DNA from: Gordius albopunctatus
Taxonomy: Eukaryota
DNA: 64,000 nt
Direction: 5' to 3'
Assembly: GCA_964276515.1 (NCBI GenBank)
Contig: OZ193909.1
Location: forward strand, 16,988,001-17,052,000
The notes beneath the pieces were generated by a model that was not told where the DNA came from, searched no databases, and worked only from the letters and a program-made list of their open reading frames with translations. The first letter of the stretch is position 1. Every line of letters starts with the position of its first letter. The position numbers and the translations under genes are program-made. Below are positions 38,290-52,600 of the stretch, piece after piece.

Positions 38290-38574
38290 CATAGACTAAT
38301 AGACTGCCCATTCTCTTTTAAAAAGTGTACCCCATTTTGGCAGCCATTTTAATAACTGAAACATGAATTTTGGCCAATTTATATGGTTTGATAAATTTTT
38401 AAAATCGCTATAATGATTAAAATGGGTTGTTGTTTCATGCTATAAGATCAATGATTATTGTCCAATGCAATCCATCGCTAGTCAAACTCTACTTCACTTA
38501 TTAAACTGGCGGTCGTTTTTGGCAACACTTTTGATGCGTGAATATATAAGTGATGAGCAGTCTATTAGTCTATG
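38290..38574. mobile_element. MITE related to family E
   Basis: TIR catagactaatagactgc / gcagtctattagtctatg; TSD attaaatc/attaaata (7/8). Confidence 0.8.
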
Positions 38575-39431
38575 ATTAAATAATAAAACTTCATACAAAA
38601 TACCTAGCAATCAAACTAAGCAGATTTATACCACCACTTTTGTTTCCACTAGATTAGGACACTTCTGCAATTTTAGTTTAGGTCAAGGTTAATGATTCAC
38701 ATGCTAAATAAAACATTTAATTATAAAAAATATTATTTTTATTAGGTCAAACAGCAAATGTTGAGCTGTCGCGCGATAAATTAATATAAAAATTTGTATT
38801 AAATACATGAATAATTTGTATATATAAGGACAAGTGTATATGTTAATAAATAGGCGAATTGGTCGTAAGTTAGTCGAAAATGTAATGGCAATGAGATTAT
38901 CAGCAGGATTTATGGATTTTGAATCGATGATTGAATGAATTTTAACAGCTGATTTTTAAGGCATGGGGTGTAGACGAGCGATCCAAAAAAGAGTAGCTCG
39001 GTCGAAACTTAGCTATTATCTTCCAAGATTTGTACGTAATTGGCGGGGAATAGGCCTTCTTTGCCCCTACAAAACCCGGTCCACCAACCATCGTCAATCT
39101 ACAATTAATATAAATTTTAATCAACAATACCTATGTAAGATTGACAAATTTAATAAATTTATAAATGAACCTTTCCTTATTTGTGCACATTTCAAAATGG
39201 CGGAAAACATGGTACACTCATTTTAAGTTGATGAGCACTCTATCCTAATCTATAGTTGTCGCCGTTTTTTCATTGATCATCAAAATTTACCGAAACTATT
39301 GTCAAATTCTAGGTTCAATGGTACAAAGAATAAAATCCAATCCTATTGTATAACCAAGAAGAAGTTGACGCTTTCATTTATAATTTTACGTCTCAATTTT
39401 ATTGATTAAATTTACATTTTTAAAAGGGTAA

Positions 39432-42400
39432 AAGTTGAATATCCATTTTTGTCTTAAGAAAATTTGCCATATGATCGATCTTAGTATCTCCCAAGCTCCA
39501 CCGTATCATTCTCATCTCCATGGCCTGCATTTTTTTCCGTGGCGTTTAGCGCCCATGTTTCACTTCCATTGAGTAAAACCGGTTATACGATGGATTTGTA
39601 AGCTTTGCTCTTCAACCATATGGCCATTTTTTTATTGCTTATTCAAATATACTTCGTCATAACTTCTCCCTTGATGTTACATTGAGCTGAGGTATCTAAA
39701 TTGTCTACTTTTGGGTACTTTACATTGTCATCTAGCGACGGGGTGACTTTAACGTTCATCTCCATGTATACCGTTATTAGATCGTCGACCTTTCAACCAT
39801 CCAGCTAAGCGCCACTTCTCGGCTTCTTCAAATACGTTCTCCTTAGTCTCTTCGTTTAATACTACATCATTGGAATAGAGCATATACCATGGCGATGACT
39901 TTTGAATGTTGCTTGTTATAGTGTTTATAATTATAATAATAAAAGAATTTAAAGCAGCTTTGATGCAATTTAATTTAAACCTGAAAAGAATTAAAATATC
40001 CAACTGTCGCCACTCTAACGCACATATTTGAGGCTTCATAAATATATTTTAATGCGTCAGGAATATTTTGTTTTCTCAAACACCACCTTATTAAATCTCG
40101 GGGGACCGTGTCATAAGCTTTCTCCAAGTCGATAAAGACTATATGTAGGTAACTTATTTTTCACCATAATCCATCATTTGACTTGCGGATTTGTCGGCCA
40201 CAAATCCGAATTGGTTAGCCGATATTTCCACCTGCATTCCCAGCCTTGTTACTAAGATCCTTTCCATAATCTTCAAGCAGTGTCAAGTTCATCTCTGTAA
40301 TTGCCACACTTCTGATGTCTTCTTTGTCTTTGAATAAGGTTATAATCATGCTTGCTCACCATTAAATAGGAATTCGCTTTTATAAAAAAATCATGCTAAA
40401 AAGGGACTTCATCTTCACGGCATCCGAGCAATGTTTCTATTGATATTCCATCTGGGCCATTAGCTTTTCATCTTCCTGAAAGAGTTCGACCATACTTATG
40501 TTTAGATCTATAGCGGGAAGGAAATTTTTGTCATTTGCAATATTCATAAGTTATGTTTTCTTTAGACTTGTTATTCACTATTTTAAGGACTCCTAAATCG
40601 CGAATTTTCTTCTTCCTTACCTTGACCAATTCGTACATAAGCCTGTTGCCCCCTTTATGATCCAATTTGTTTGATGGGGCATTTTTCGAAATAGCAACTG
40701 CCTTTTTCGCGGCACTCTTTGCCTCCCTATATTCTTGATAATGCTACAACTTTTTTGATTTATGCAACCGTCTGTATAGATTTCTCTTTATTTCTATTAG
40801 ATTCAAAACCGATTGATCCCACCACCATAGTTCCCTATTATATCTTTCCCTCTTTTAATCTATTCTGAAACCCGAATCGCTGTTTCCTTTATGACTTTAG
40901 TTAGAGCCTCCTAATCGTAGTCTACGTCCCTTTACAACTTCCTTGCACCCAAGAGTGAGGGTACTTTTTCATGGTATTTTTCGTTCGTCGACGTATCTTT
41001 AGTCTTTCGTATCGAATTTGAGGTTCATGAACCTTTTTCCTTTCAGGAATACTTTTCAATCAAGGTCCATAACAAAGGGACGATGTTGCCTGGCGCTTTT
41101 TATCCCAGTATTCCTAAGCAATCCATGAGTACCTTCGCCTTATCAGCAGATAGCCATTAGACTAAAATGCTGTATAAATAATACATGTATTGGAGAAATT
41201 ATTCAATGAATGCAAAATGACTAGAAAAATCTTATTTCAGCTTTGTGACTGCACCTCACCTCTGTTTGTGTATCTAATACATTTCCTACAATGGATATTC
41301 AACAAATTTTAAATATCCTCAATCGTGAGACAGTGGATGAAATCACGGCAGAGATCTTTGCATAAAATCAACAAATAGCTGAAAATTTGAATATAGAATT
41401 ATATCCTCCTAGACAAACTCAGCGACATAAATACCGATCTTGGAAAAATTATCTCGACTCTTTTTTGACATTAGAGTACAGATTTTCCGAGAATAATACT
41501 GCCGAAAATGTTAGAAAGATAGCTTATTATTATATAACTTTTATCTTTATAATTTAAAAATATTAAAACGTTTAAATACTTTATATTTGTCTAAATTAAA
41601 TTATGGTGAGTTTGTATTTGGGTTGAGGCCAGAGCATCATTCTATAATTTTTTTACCTCCCCCCTATCCCAAAACCTGGCTAAGTTTGCAATTGGTTCCA
41701 ATGCATAATCACAATTTAAACCAATATTTTATCCCGTAAAATTTATATATTATAGGACTAGTTATTTAATTGCTGCTTAAATATTTTGTAAATATTAATG
41801 TTTGACTTGATAAAAAAAGCAGAGAAATAAGCAGCTTATAAATGAAGCAGTGTAAATTGTTACAAAATTAAAATGCATGTTTTTAGGCGGATATAAATAA
41901 TATATTTTTAACTCTATAATATAGGATTATAAAAGAGGCCAGAGATTTAGATTCAAATTTTTCAAGATAGGGAGAAGAAAAGTCGCAATGTCGGAGCCTT
42001 TTAAATAGTAAAAACAAATCTCATTCGAGCCGAAGAAAAGGAAGGAAAGGTAGACAATACGTTGGAATCTATGATTATTGCAAAGTGTGGTGTATCCCCC
42101 CCCCCATTTCCCCCCGCTTATCTTTCACTCATCACGCTCTTTATAATAATCCCACACACGCATACACGTGCGACGTAAATTTAGTTAAATTTTACCCTTT
42201 CTCCTATTTATTGCTGATTAACGATTTTATTGCCTTTTTGAGTTATCCATAGTTGAGAATGTCGTTAAAACAGAAAAAACTGGTATGAACCAGATGTGGT
42301 AGGAAAAAAAACTTATAAAAAACTCATATGACTTAATAATAAACCCCCCCCTCTACGAACCATAATATTTATGAATATTTAATTCCCAATCCCACATAAA

Positions 42401-45297
42401 TATTATTATTTTTCTGAAACACAAAATAATTTATCAATATACCCTTACGATTATATCATTGCAATCGAACATATACCTTATCTACAAAATACGGTTTTAG
42501 GAACTATCGCTCATTTCCAGTAATTGCCGTAGATGGTATGTAAATTTTTGTTTGAGTTATGATTTTTATATAAACCGAGTGTGCTGCCTACCGATTTGCG
42601 TCACCTCTATGCCTGTACTATTGTGACATCTAGTCCAATAGGCCCTCATACACATCTCTAAAGATGTAGGCTCTCACTCGTCTTAACCCGAGTAAACGTT
42701 AAGAAAAAACGACTGTTAGTCGGGGCGGACCTATCTATCTATCTACCAAATGCTACTGTTGAGTATTCCAAAATAAACTTTTAAACGTAAATATGTCTCA
42801 AATAAACAGAGACATATAACAAATTACAAAAACTACCTTCTCGATATTAAGCCAAACATAACTATGGACGAACTCTTTCACGAGTATGAAGGGACACAAA
42901 TGAACAAGATGCAAAAATAAAAAGATAATGGCCCAAATGTAATATCTAGGGAAGCATTGCTTGGATGAGGTTCCTAATAAATGGAGAGCAAGCACGATTT
43001 TACCTTATTCAAATGCATCTTGAAATTATGGAAAGGATCTTAGTCACATGGCTGAAAAACGAGGTGGAAATATCGGCGAACTAATTCGGATTTGCGACAT
43101 TTCCACACGGGAAAAGAGAAGAAACTTACATATGTTCTTTATCGATTTAGAGAAAGCTTATGTGGAAAACAAAATATTTCTGCACATATACAAGGCTTAT
43201 GAAAAACATATATGAAGCTTCAAATTCCTGCTTTTGGATTACAGTTGGAGACTCTAAACAAACCTTTTCGGGTTAAAATTGGATTACATCAAGAATTAAC
43301 ATCAAGAATTTACTTTAAATATTTTTAATTCAATTTAATTATGGACACGATAACAAGAGACGCCCTGGTGTATTCTAGAGACCTGCAACGGGCCTGTTTA
43401 GGCAAATCGGCCCGTCCGTAATAAAAATATCAAAGCCCGGCTCCGGCCCGTCAAAATATTCAATTATAAACCCGAGCCCGGCCCGGGCCCATATATTTTT
43501 TTTTGTTTTTATTATTTTTATTTTATTTTTTTATCTATATCAAACAATATGTGTGTGTTAAAAATGTTAATAAAAATATTGTAGAAATAATAAATAGGTA
43601 ATTCCCGGTCAGTCGAGTTCTTCTATCTTTTAGAAACGACCTACATAAAAAAATTTTAGTGGCATTTTGGGATACACAAAACCATACAAGCCAAATAAAC
43701 TTTCAAATCCCTTATTTAAGGTTATAATGTTCTTAATAAAGTCACTTGTCTTCTTTAAATTTCTTTGTTAATTTAATATACATAAAATAATTATAACATT
43801 ATAAAAAAATCTTCTTTTATACTAAATCTAATTGATTTTATAACGGGCTTTCAACGGGCCTTAAGTATATCTAGGCCCGGCCCAGGGGCGTTAAGTTATA
43901 TAACGGCCCGTCCAGGCCCGTTCCGTGGTTTTATTTTTAAGCAGAAGCCCGTCCAAACCCGGGCCGGGCCGTGCAGGTCTCTAGTGTATTCTATATGCCG
44001 ATGATATAGTATTATGCGAAGATACAAAAAAGAAAGTATTCGAAGAAGCTGAAATGTGGTCTAAGCATTTGGCTGGATATGATATAAAGGTCAGCAATCG
44101 AAAAACGGTGTACATGTAAATGAACGTTACAGGCACCCAATCGCTAGATGACCATTCAAAATACCTAAAATAGAGAGGTTTACATATCGCTCAATGCTAC
44201 ATCAAGAGGGATTGCGCAATAGAAGTCATGCGGATCCAAATAGGATATCTTAAATGGCAAAGTATATTTGGTGCAGTGTGCGACAAAAATATAATATGGT
44301 TGAAGAGCAAAGCTTACAAATTTTTCATTGATACTCTATAAAGTGAAACATGGGTATTATACGCCACGAAATAAAAGTTATTACAAGTCACGGAGATGAA
44401 AATGATACGGTGGAGTTTGGGGTATACTCGGTATACTAAGCTCGACCATATGAAAAATGACTTTTTTTAGGGAAAATGGGTATTTGAGCTAGAGTCCTGT
44501 ATGGACCAGTAAACCCATCAACCCGCCATGGGCTGGGCTGGGCTGGGTCGAGGAAAAAAATAGTTTAATGGGCTGGACTGGGTTAAGTAAATAATATATT
44601 TTAATGGGCTGGACTGGGTTGGGCCTAAATAAATTTGATGGGCTGGGCTAAGAATTGTTGAATAATAAACATTTAATTTTAAAATTAATATATTAATCCG
44701 AATTCTAATTAAGTTTTGCAATTCTAAATTTTAATTAACATCTGTCCCTTCGCATTTTACTAATTTATCCAATGGAAATTAATTTATTAAAAGATGGAAT
44801 TGACACAGATGATTAATTTATATCATTTTATTGTATTTTAATATATATCTAATTTGAAAATAAACATATTTATACATTGTAAAGTGTGAATTAAATTTAG
44901 GGCGAAAAATATTTAAGATGGGCTGGGTTGGGTCGACCTGAACATGGTTTGGGTTGGGCTGGGACGGCAAAAACCGGCCCATGCAGAACTCTATTAACCT
45001 ATGGCTAACTTGATCAACGAAAATCGGCTAAGGTGGTATGCTCTTATACTAAGAATCATGTATTGCCCCGGGGACATTCAAGATCTGACACCTCTCGGTG
45101 CATCTCGGGCCACGTTGACCAGAGAATATGTTGCATCCATTACTATTTAATTGATTGTTCGCGACTTATAACTTATGTCTACTTTGAAACTTAATTGACT
45201 CATTTACATTACCTTACTACTTCGCGACGTTAATTGACCAATCACATATAGCTCGCGGATTCACCACTGAATGTTAATTGTTTTAATGTATTTCAAT
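39432..45297 (+). repeat. 5.9-kb direct repeat, copy 2 (contains the same RTE/MITE set)
   Basis: Matches 12631-18562 with scattered substitutions and a ~62-bp deletion at ~44925 between atgggctggg repeats. Confidence 0.97.
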
Positions 45298-45411
45298 CAA
45301 TTCGCGATTATATAAAGACGTGTAAAAAACTTCTTTACCACTTACATACGAACTCTTTTTGGTTCCCTCACTTTATTATTTACATTTAATAAAGAGTACC
45401 CCCTCCCAATA
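45061..45411 (+). mobile_element. Solo LTR-like element (~350 bp); truncated copy at 18326-18562
   Basis: Inverted termini TATTG...CAATA, internal TATATAAAG (~45309) and AATAAA (~45388). Inserted into RTE sequence; no TSD visible. Confidence 0.5.
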
Positions 45412-46604
45412 ACTACGTCTTCTTTTATTAGTGGGTCATTGTGTTAGTATAAATATATGTATCGATAAGTTTTTTAATACGTTAGTATCAGGAAAAAAAG
45501 ATAATATTAATAACAATAATAAAAAAACATAATATTGCAAACTATAAAATTACGATATCCCCTTGACAAAGTTTTGGAAAATTACATAGCTAGGTATGGT
45601 TATAGTTTAGTTAGTTCGCTACAGTAGAATATGTAGTGGAGAACGGAGAGTCAGACAAACCTATCAATTTAGATAAAAATTTTGGTATATACAGGATCCT
45701 GTGCATTTAGGCTTGCTTAATTGAAGGGCCTACTTGATAAAGAATAAGAAATTAATATACTGCTCGTTATAGAGCCTATAAAATTATGGCTAAAATTTCA
45801 AAAAAATCATTTTTCTGCTCACTAAATTATTATTGCCCCCCTCTAATTCCAATGCTGGCTATGCCCATGCTGCTCGTTGCAAATCCTTAAAATTGGCAAC
45901 CAGCTGTAATTTGTCGACGTTTTGCACATATGTCGTTCATATTCAATTTTTCCAGGAAAAACGTGCAAAACTATGTAAAATAAGATGGACTTAATCTTTT
46001 TTTCTTGGAAATTCATAATTCAATCATCACCACTATTATAAAAAATTTTTACCTGGTAAATTACTACTATATTCTAGGTAAAACATATATTTTTGTTTTA
46101 AAAATAAATTATCAATCAAATAAATTATTTTTAAATGTAAATTATGAATGAGTATGATAATTTAATAAATTTAAGGCTTTAATTTAAGACATAAAGCATT
46201 TATGGCATATTGTTTTTATAAATAATAATATTTTATTTATGACCTTAGTTTCATATTTTATCCTGACATGTTGCACTTAATAAATTTAGGCAACACTGAG
46301 TATTATTCTCAGTTTAGAAATAATTTAATATTCTATCATTAGTATTATTAAATTTAAAACCTTAATTAATTTTGTAAAAACTTTTTACATCCATTTCACG
46401 AGATACACAATTACATAAGTTTTAAAAATTATAAGAGTTCTCTTTTAGTGAGCTGCCATGTTTTGTCCTCCTAAAATTATGATTTAAATTGTTTCATTGT
46501 AACTTCTAGATTTATAAATAACCAACTGCGACTGACTAAATTAAAAATTACTAGGGTCCAATTTGTGGGCAAACTCTCATTGATGTTTTGTTATTAACGG
46601 ACAT

Positions 46605-49600
46605 ATGGGTCACGTGATCGACCTCAAGGGGTACCGCCATTTCCCTGCCCCTGCCAAACGCCCTTCGCATATTCGCCGTTTCACTCTGTACGCTATCGTG
46701 GGCTTCGCATGCGCCCTTTCTCTCATCATAGTCCTCACCCTCTTTGCTCTGAAACCGCCAGGGGGTCACGTGATCAGGGGCGGGATCGATGACGGTTATG
46801 TTGACCCTGATGATATAAATCGTCTGCTCGATGAAGAGGACGACGCCGCCCTCACCTTCCAAGAAATTGACGACGGGGGTGCCGCCTTGCTGCGCAAACG
46901 CGTTCGCCATTTACTTAAGGTAAGGTCGCGACCTTTAACTTAGGGTTGCCTATCAAAAGTTTGGTGGGGGGAGGGGGCAAAAAGGGCTATTGGCCCCTAA
47001 ATGCGTTTTTTATTGAATTTTGAACAAATTTCACTTTATTGTAAGGCATTATCATACCTTTTGCAGTGATTCGAACCATGGCTAAGTCATAGTTAAGTAA
47101 ATTTTATTTTGTTTATCGATAGAAGTTTATTTACAAATATTTATGTATGTTAATTTGGCTAATTAGGGGGGGGGGCCAGCACCTTAAATTCTAACTTTTA
47201 TTAAATCCTATAGGCCAACACAATTCGTTCTCTCCATCATCCAGCTCTACACTCCTCACTTTCCTTTGGCATGCTATAATTTAAAATTTATATAATTAGA
47301 TATCAAAAACATGCAATTACTATATAATGATGATACAGAAAAAAATAGATGTCTGAAACCCTATATAAAAGTTTTTGCAATTTTTTAATAACTATACAAA
47401 TCATCAATATTCATAATCAGATTAATGTAATATAAAATATACCTGCATAAATTACTATATTTTAAATCAAAAATTATTTAAATAAATTTAATGTATTTCA
47501 TAAATTTTTCTGAAATTTATATATAATTAATAAATATGTCCAAAATTATTTAAGCAAAACACATAAAATTTTCAAAAAAGTCTTTGCTAAATAATTAAAA
47601 TACTGAAATAAATATTATCAAAGTTCAATAAAGATTCAAAATAAAATTTTTTAACTTACCGTTTTTAATAAAGTATGTAGGAATATCCATTAAATTTGAA
47701 ATTGTTAGGGAAATTAATTTGTATGTATGTATTAATTTTAGGAATAGGAAATAAATAATGACTACAGAAACACAATCGCAACTAGTAATCTAAAATCTCA
47801 AATTTAGATTTAATTTTACCAAAATAATTTAAATTTATGTGTAAATTCGCTAATATAAGCCTCTGTATTTATTTGCGTTAATTTCAAATGGGGGGGGGGG
47901 GCAAAACATATTTTTTTTTAATTTTTAAGCGTTTTTGTATTGAAATTTTTCTTTTTTTCTAAATTAGGGGGGGCAGCCGCCCCCCTGGCTACGCCCATGT
48001 ATATTAAATTAATAAGCTGGCATCGAGCCATGGATTGAGATTATATTAGATTTCACAATTTCCATGGTGATTTTCTGCTAATCTAAATTTTAAAAAAATT
48101 TAAAATTTTGTTTGCGCTACCTGACTCAAAATATTAGTCGATTTTTCTCTCACCTTGGTTTAGTCGGACAATATGATTACAAATTACTTATAAGTGCTTG
48201 ACAATTTAGCCAAAATGTAGGTTAAAAACCAAAATCTTACTCTGATTTCCAAATAATTGATAATCTTGACATTTCTTGAGGAGGCTCATTCTTGGATGTA
48301 AGAAGGGGGTAGGGAAGGCGACTGGCCCCCTCCACTAAATTTAAAAAGTCGTTATTTTTTATTGAAGTTATATGTAAAATTTTGAAAACCATAACATAAC
48401 CCCCTAGCTAAATCACTTTAATTAAAATCCTGGTTATGCCCGTGAACTCACACTAATAACCTATAAGATATGTCCAATCGAATTCTACATCACATAGATT
48501 TCTTCTATTCCTTTAATAGCATAGGTTTGTAGGGAAACTTATTTTTGTTGTTTGTCCGCGGTAAATTTTAAAAATACAAAATAATATTTTGCCTTAAATT
48601 TGGAAAAAATGTAATTAAAATTCAAGATTTAAATTATACTTAAATCGTTGATCAGGTGAGGGCTTCGGTTGCCGATGAAGTTACCGCTTTGGGCGTTCGT
48701 CGAGGAGGTTTGGAAGCGGAACTTCGCTCCCTCAACGCTCGAATCGCGGAGGTGCGGGACGAGTTACAAACTTCCGGGGAATCCTTGCGCGTCCTGGAAG
48801 AACAACTTGCGCAAGCGCGTTTTCGATCAGCTGATAAACGGCTGGTAGACGGCAGCACTCAGTCAACAGACGAAATCAGCGCCGAAATCGCCCTGTGGCA
48901 AGCGGCCATCTTGAAAGCATCTCAAATGGTGAGATTAAAACATGTATTTGTAATTTTTTATGATATTCCAAGTCTTTTATCTTAAAAAGATTTTTTATTT
49001 TATATTTATCTACGATTATAATTACTTAATCAGATAACAAAATTAATATGGCAATTTGTGTATTCAAGTTAAATTCTCATGCGTAAAAAATTGGTAATTT
49101 TTTTTTATAATAAGCAAATTAAAGCTAATTTTTTATTTTACGGGTTCGGGGCCCATTTGTATTTTAAATCACTATTTTGCCTATATTACGGAGTGTTAAT
49201 ATATGATGATATATGTAAACATGGGCGTAGCCAGGTTTTGGATTAGGGGGGGGGGGGCAAAGCCTAAAATTTATTAATTTTAAAGTCGCCCCCCCCCCCG
49301 GCTACGCCTTTGTATGTAAATTACATTAGTCAGCTAAGAGTGACGGACTGCTTTTTTTGTTTACCAGCTGAAATAATACCTCCGCCTCGCGCTTCTAAGA
49401 AATGTGGAGCTGTTAATGTTTAATTTTTAAGCCACCAAATTGCCGAACAAATTTTAATTTCATGTATACTCCCCTGTTAAGAAGGTACATTTTTCGAGGC
49501 TTAAGCTGGCCATCAAAAATGTCGTTTGCTTTTTATCGCGAAATTTAAATATTTGATTTCAAGAATTCAGTCGCTTGCCGAGGATTATTTTAATTCAGGG

Positions 49601-52600
49601 CATTTTCGATTGATTTAGCTAGCCCCTGTCAACCCGAGCCGGGTCCAGGCTGGGCCAGGGGCGAACCGGAATGAAGGCGAGGAGGCGGAGAATTCAGAAT
49701 GGGGGTCGTGCGATATGAACACTTGTTTCGACGCGGCTCGATGTCCTCTCTTACCCGGGTTGACCATGGATATTTACGACGTCACCTCGCCCGCTTACCT
49801 CTCCCTCCTAACGGCTTATCTTAGGTGGGGCCTAGCCTTCCTAAACCTAAAAATTATTTTAATTTATTTTTACTAAATTTGGTTAAAATTTTGTAAAAAT
49901 TAGCTCAGTGTCCTCTCTTTAAATATCACTAAACTTTTCAGAAGACGTGATTATGATTTCTTAGGTATTTCAATGAAATTATTTATTGCTTTTAAAAAGT
50001 ATGCTATATTTGAAATGTTATTACTATTTCTATTTTTGGGACCTTTTTAATTACGGCTATTCTCTGACAAATTTTTGTTAAATATATTTTTTGAATTCGT
50101 CATCCCTTTATATTTTAGGGCTACGACCCCTTTGCCTGAACCATCGATTCAAAATTTCATACCCGATCTTCACCAAATGGTCGATCTTTTAACGTCGGCC
50201 TCGCCCGATCTAAAGGTCGGCCCCGGAGAGACCGGACCCGCTCCTTGCCTCCGTTTTCTCCTCCTCCCCCTAACTTATACTATTACGTCATCTGTCTCGC
50301 CTTCGCCCGACCCCTCACTTATTCGTACTCTGAGGAACGCCCTCTCCGTCCTCCGTGACTGGTCTCCGCACGGGGCTAATTACGTCATCCTATTTGTGCC
50401 TTCGCCGGTGGCGCCTGGGGGGTCAACCTTTGCCGCCCATTCACACCCTCACGTCGGCACTGCCTTCGAGCGCGCCATCGTCGTGCGAAACGCATTCTCA
50501 TCTTACCTCCCCCTTAGGGTCACCTTCGACGTCGTAGCTTACCTCAGTATGCCCATCGTTTCCCCACCCCTCGCTTCTGCCGACGTTGATCACGTGAACG
50601 AACAGCTGTTTACACCCCTGGTTCCCATAGTGAACGCAGCCGAATGTCACGTGATCTTTCCCGACTTCGTGCCCGAAGCCTGGTTTCTCGGCGACGATAA
50701 GGTGGACGCAGATCATGTGATAAAGTTTGCCATCGCATCCATCCGTACCCTAGCGACCACGTTCCCCCGCACCTATCGAGTCGAACGGGTGGGTGATAGT
50801 GTGACGTGGCAAAACCTCGCCCGTCTCGCTACGTTCACCCTAATCGTGCCCGCCCTCTATGACGACCCAGATGTCGTAGGTGGAATGGGCGACGGCACCC
50901 TGTTGGACCACGTGATAGCGACCCTGATTTCGGGCTCCATTCCCCTGATCCTCGCTTCGGATCAGACGTGGCGAAGTCGCGCCCTCCCCTATTCCGAATA
51001 CCTGGATTGGGATAAAGTGCTCGTCGAATATCCACGTAAGTTTGGCGATTTATGAGAAAGCAGACGATAAAATATGAGTATAAATATCTTTTGGCTATTA
51101 TTTATTCGTTCTAAGGTAGTTGTTTTTTGTTATTTTAATGAAGGTCTATCTTATATGTTTGTTTGTTTTAGTATTAATCTTAGCCCTGCTTTGATTTCCT
51201 CGTATTTATTTTGTATATATTTAGGAAAACTAAAAAGGTTTGTTAGGGTATTAATAAATTATTACAACAGGTCTACATTTAAGGATGTTCACCCAGTAAA
51301 ACAATTAGAAACTTATTATAAAATAATAAATATAAAACCAAAAGTTTATGTATAAGAGGGCGGGAAAGGTTTCGAGATCGCTAAATAGATTTTCTAAGGC
51401 TTCAATAAATAAAGTTTTTAATGATTCCATTTTTAAGTTATCTTCCAGGAAAACCCCATTTATTTAACTATTGCTAGTAAACAATCGTATCAACTAATTT
51501 AACTTTTCGACTTTTTTTTCTCGTTTTGAACGTTGAAAAAATTCGTAGAAGAAATGCTACTCAAAAATAAAATAAATATAAAAACCTTATTATGCCTCAA
51601 TTATCAAATTCTTTTAAAGGTGCTTGCTGTTAATTTTAAGAATATTTTATGAAATTTGCATAAAGGGATATTACTATTTGAACTATGTTGAAAATGTTTA
51701 AATTTATTTTTTTCCATTAAAGTAAACCGAGTAAATGAGCTGCATTACATCTTGCGGTACAACTTGTTGAAGGCGGAACCCGATTTATTCGTGCTCAAAA
51801 AGGCGGGCCGCGATTTGCGAGACGCCTACTTCACCTTCCCAACCGACGCCACGGGACGCACAAACGCCACCACTCCATCCTACTATCCCCTGCGCTCTCC
51901 TACCTCCGCGCTAACCAATAACTTTAGGGCCTTGCTCAGCGTCTTTCACCAAAGGCTTCGAATCCCATTCCGGCCCGACCTCCCGGTTCCGGCTCGGTTT
52001 CACCCGGTTCGAGTTGAAAGGGATCTTCCGCCCCTCGTGGAACATTTGGAATATCTGGGCCCTATCGAAGGGGCTGAACGAGGTTAAATTAGTGTAAAAA
52101 ACTCTTGTTTGATAGAGGACTTTTGATATGACATAGCATATATATCTTGCTCATACATGAATTAGGGGTTGAGATGGAGTAAATTTTAAATGAAATTTTT
52201 ATAACGAAAAAAGGGATAATTTTTGAAATTTTGAAGCACACGTCGTGAATCGCTGCTAGGTTGTGCTTTTAATATGAAATTTTATTGCCAATCGCAAGTT
52301 AAGATATGACTAGGTCGAAAGAGTGCGAAAATTTTTAGACGTAAGATGGCTAAGCCAATTTTTGTGATTATCTTCAATTCTTCCGTGTCTAAACTTATTT
52401 TTTGGTTTTAATTTTAAGACTTTACTAAACTAGTGTGTCATTTTAGCCTAGAAATATGAATTAAATTATCTAATCTCGGTAAAAGTTAATTTTCAACTGA
52501 AAAATCTGAAAATGATCATAACTCTTAGTCCCACCGCTTTTAGATTAGTTAAAATTTTAGCTAACTGATTAAAAATGGTATTTATCAACGCTAGGTGGAA

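Noticed and set aside
12631..45297. 5.9-kb repeats as LTRs of a giant retroelement
   Set aside because: The ends cut through older TEs; no TG...CA termini, PBS, TSD or gag/pol seen between them.
46551..51035. Antisense and alternate-frame ORFs over EXTL3 exons (46551, 48652, 50355, 50498, 50835)
   Set aside because: Expected by-products of GC-rich coding exons; no recognisable motifs.
50119..51035. GC-rich exon as horizontally acquired bacterial DNA
   Set aside because: It is in phase with flanking EXTL3 exons and ends in the exostosin LP(F/Y)SE.LDW motif.
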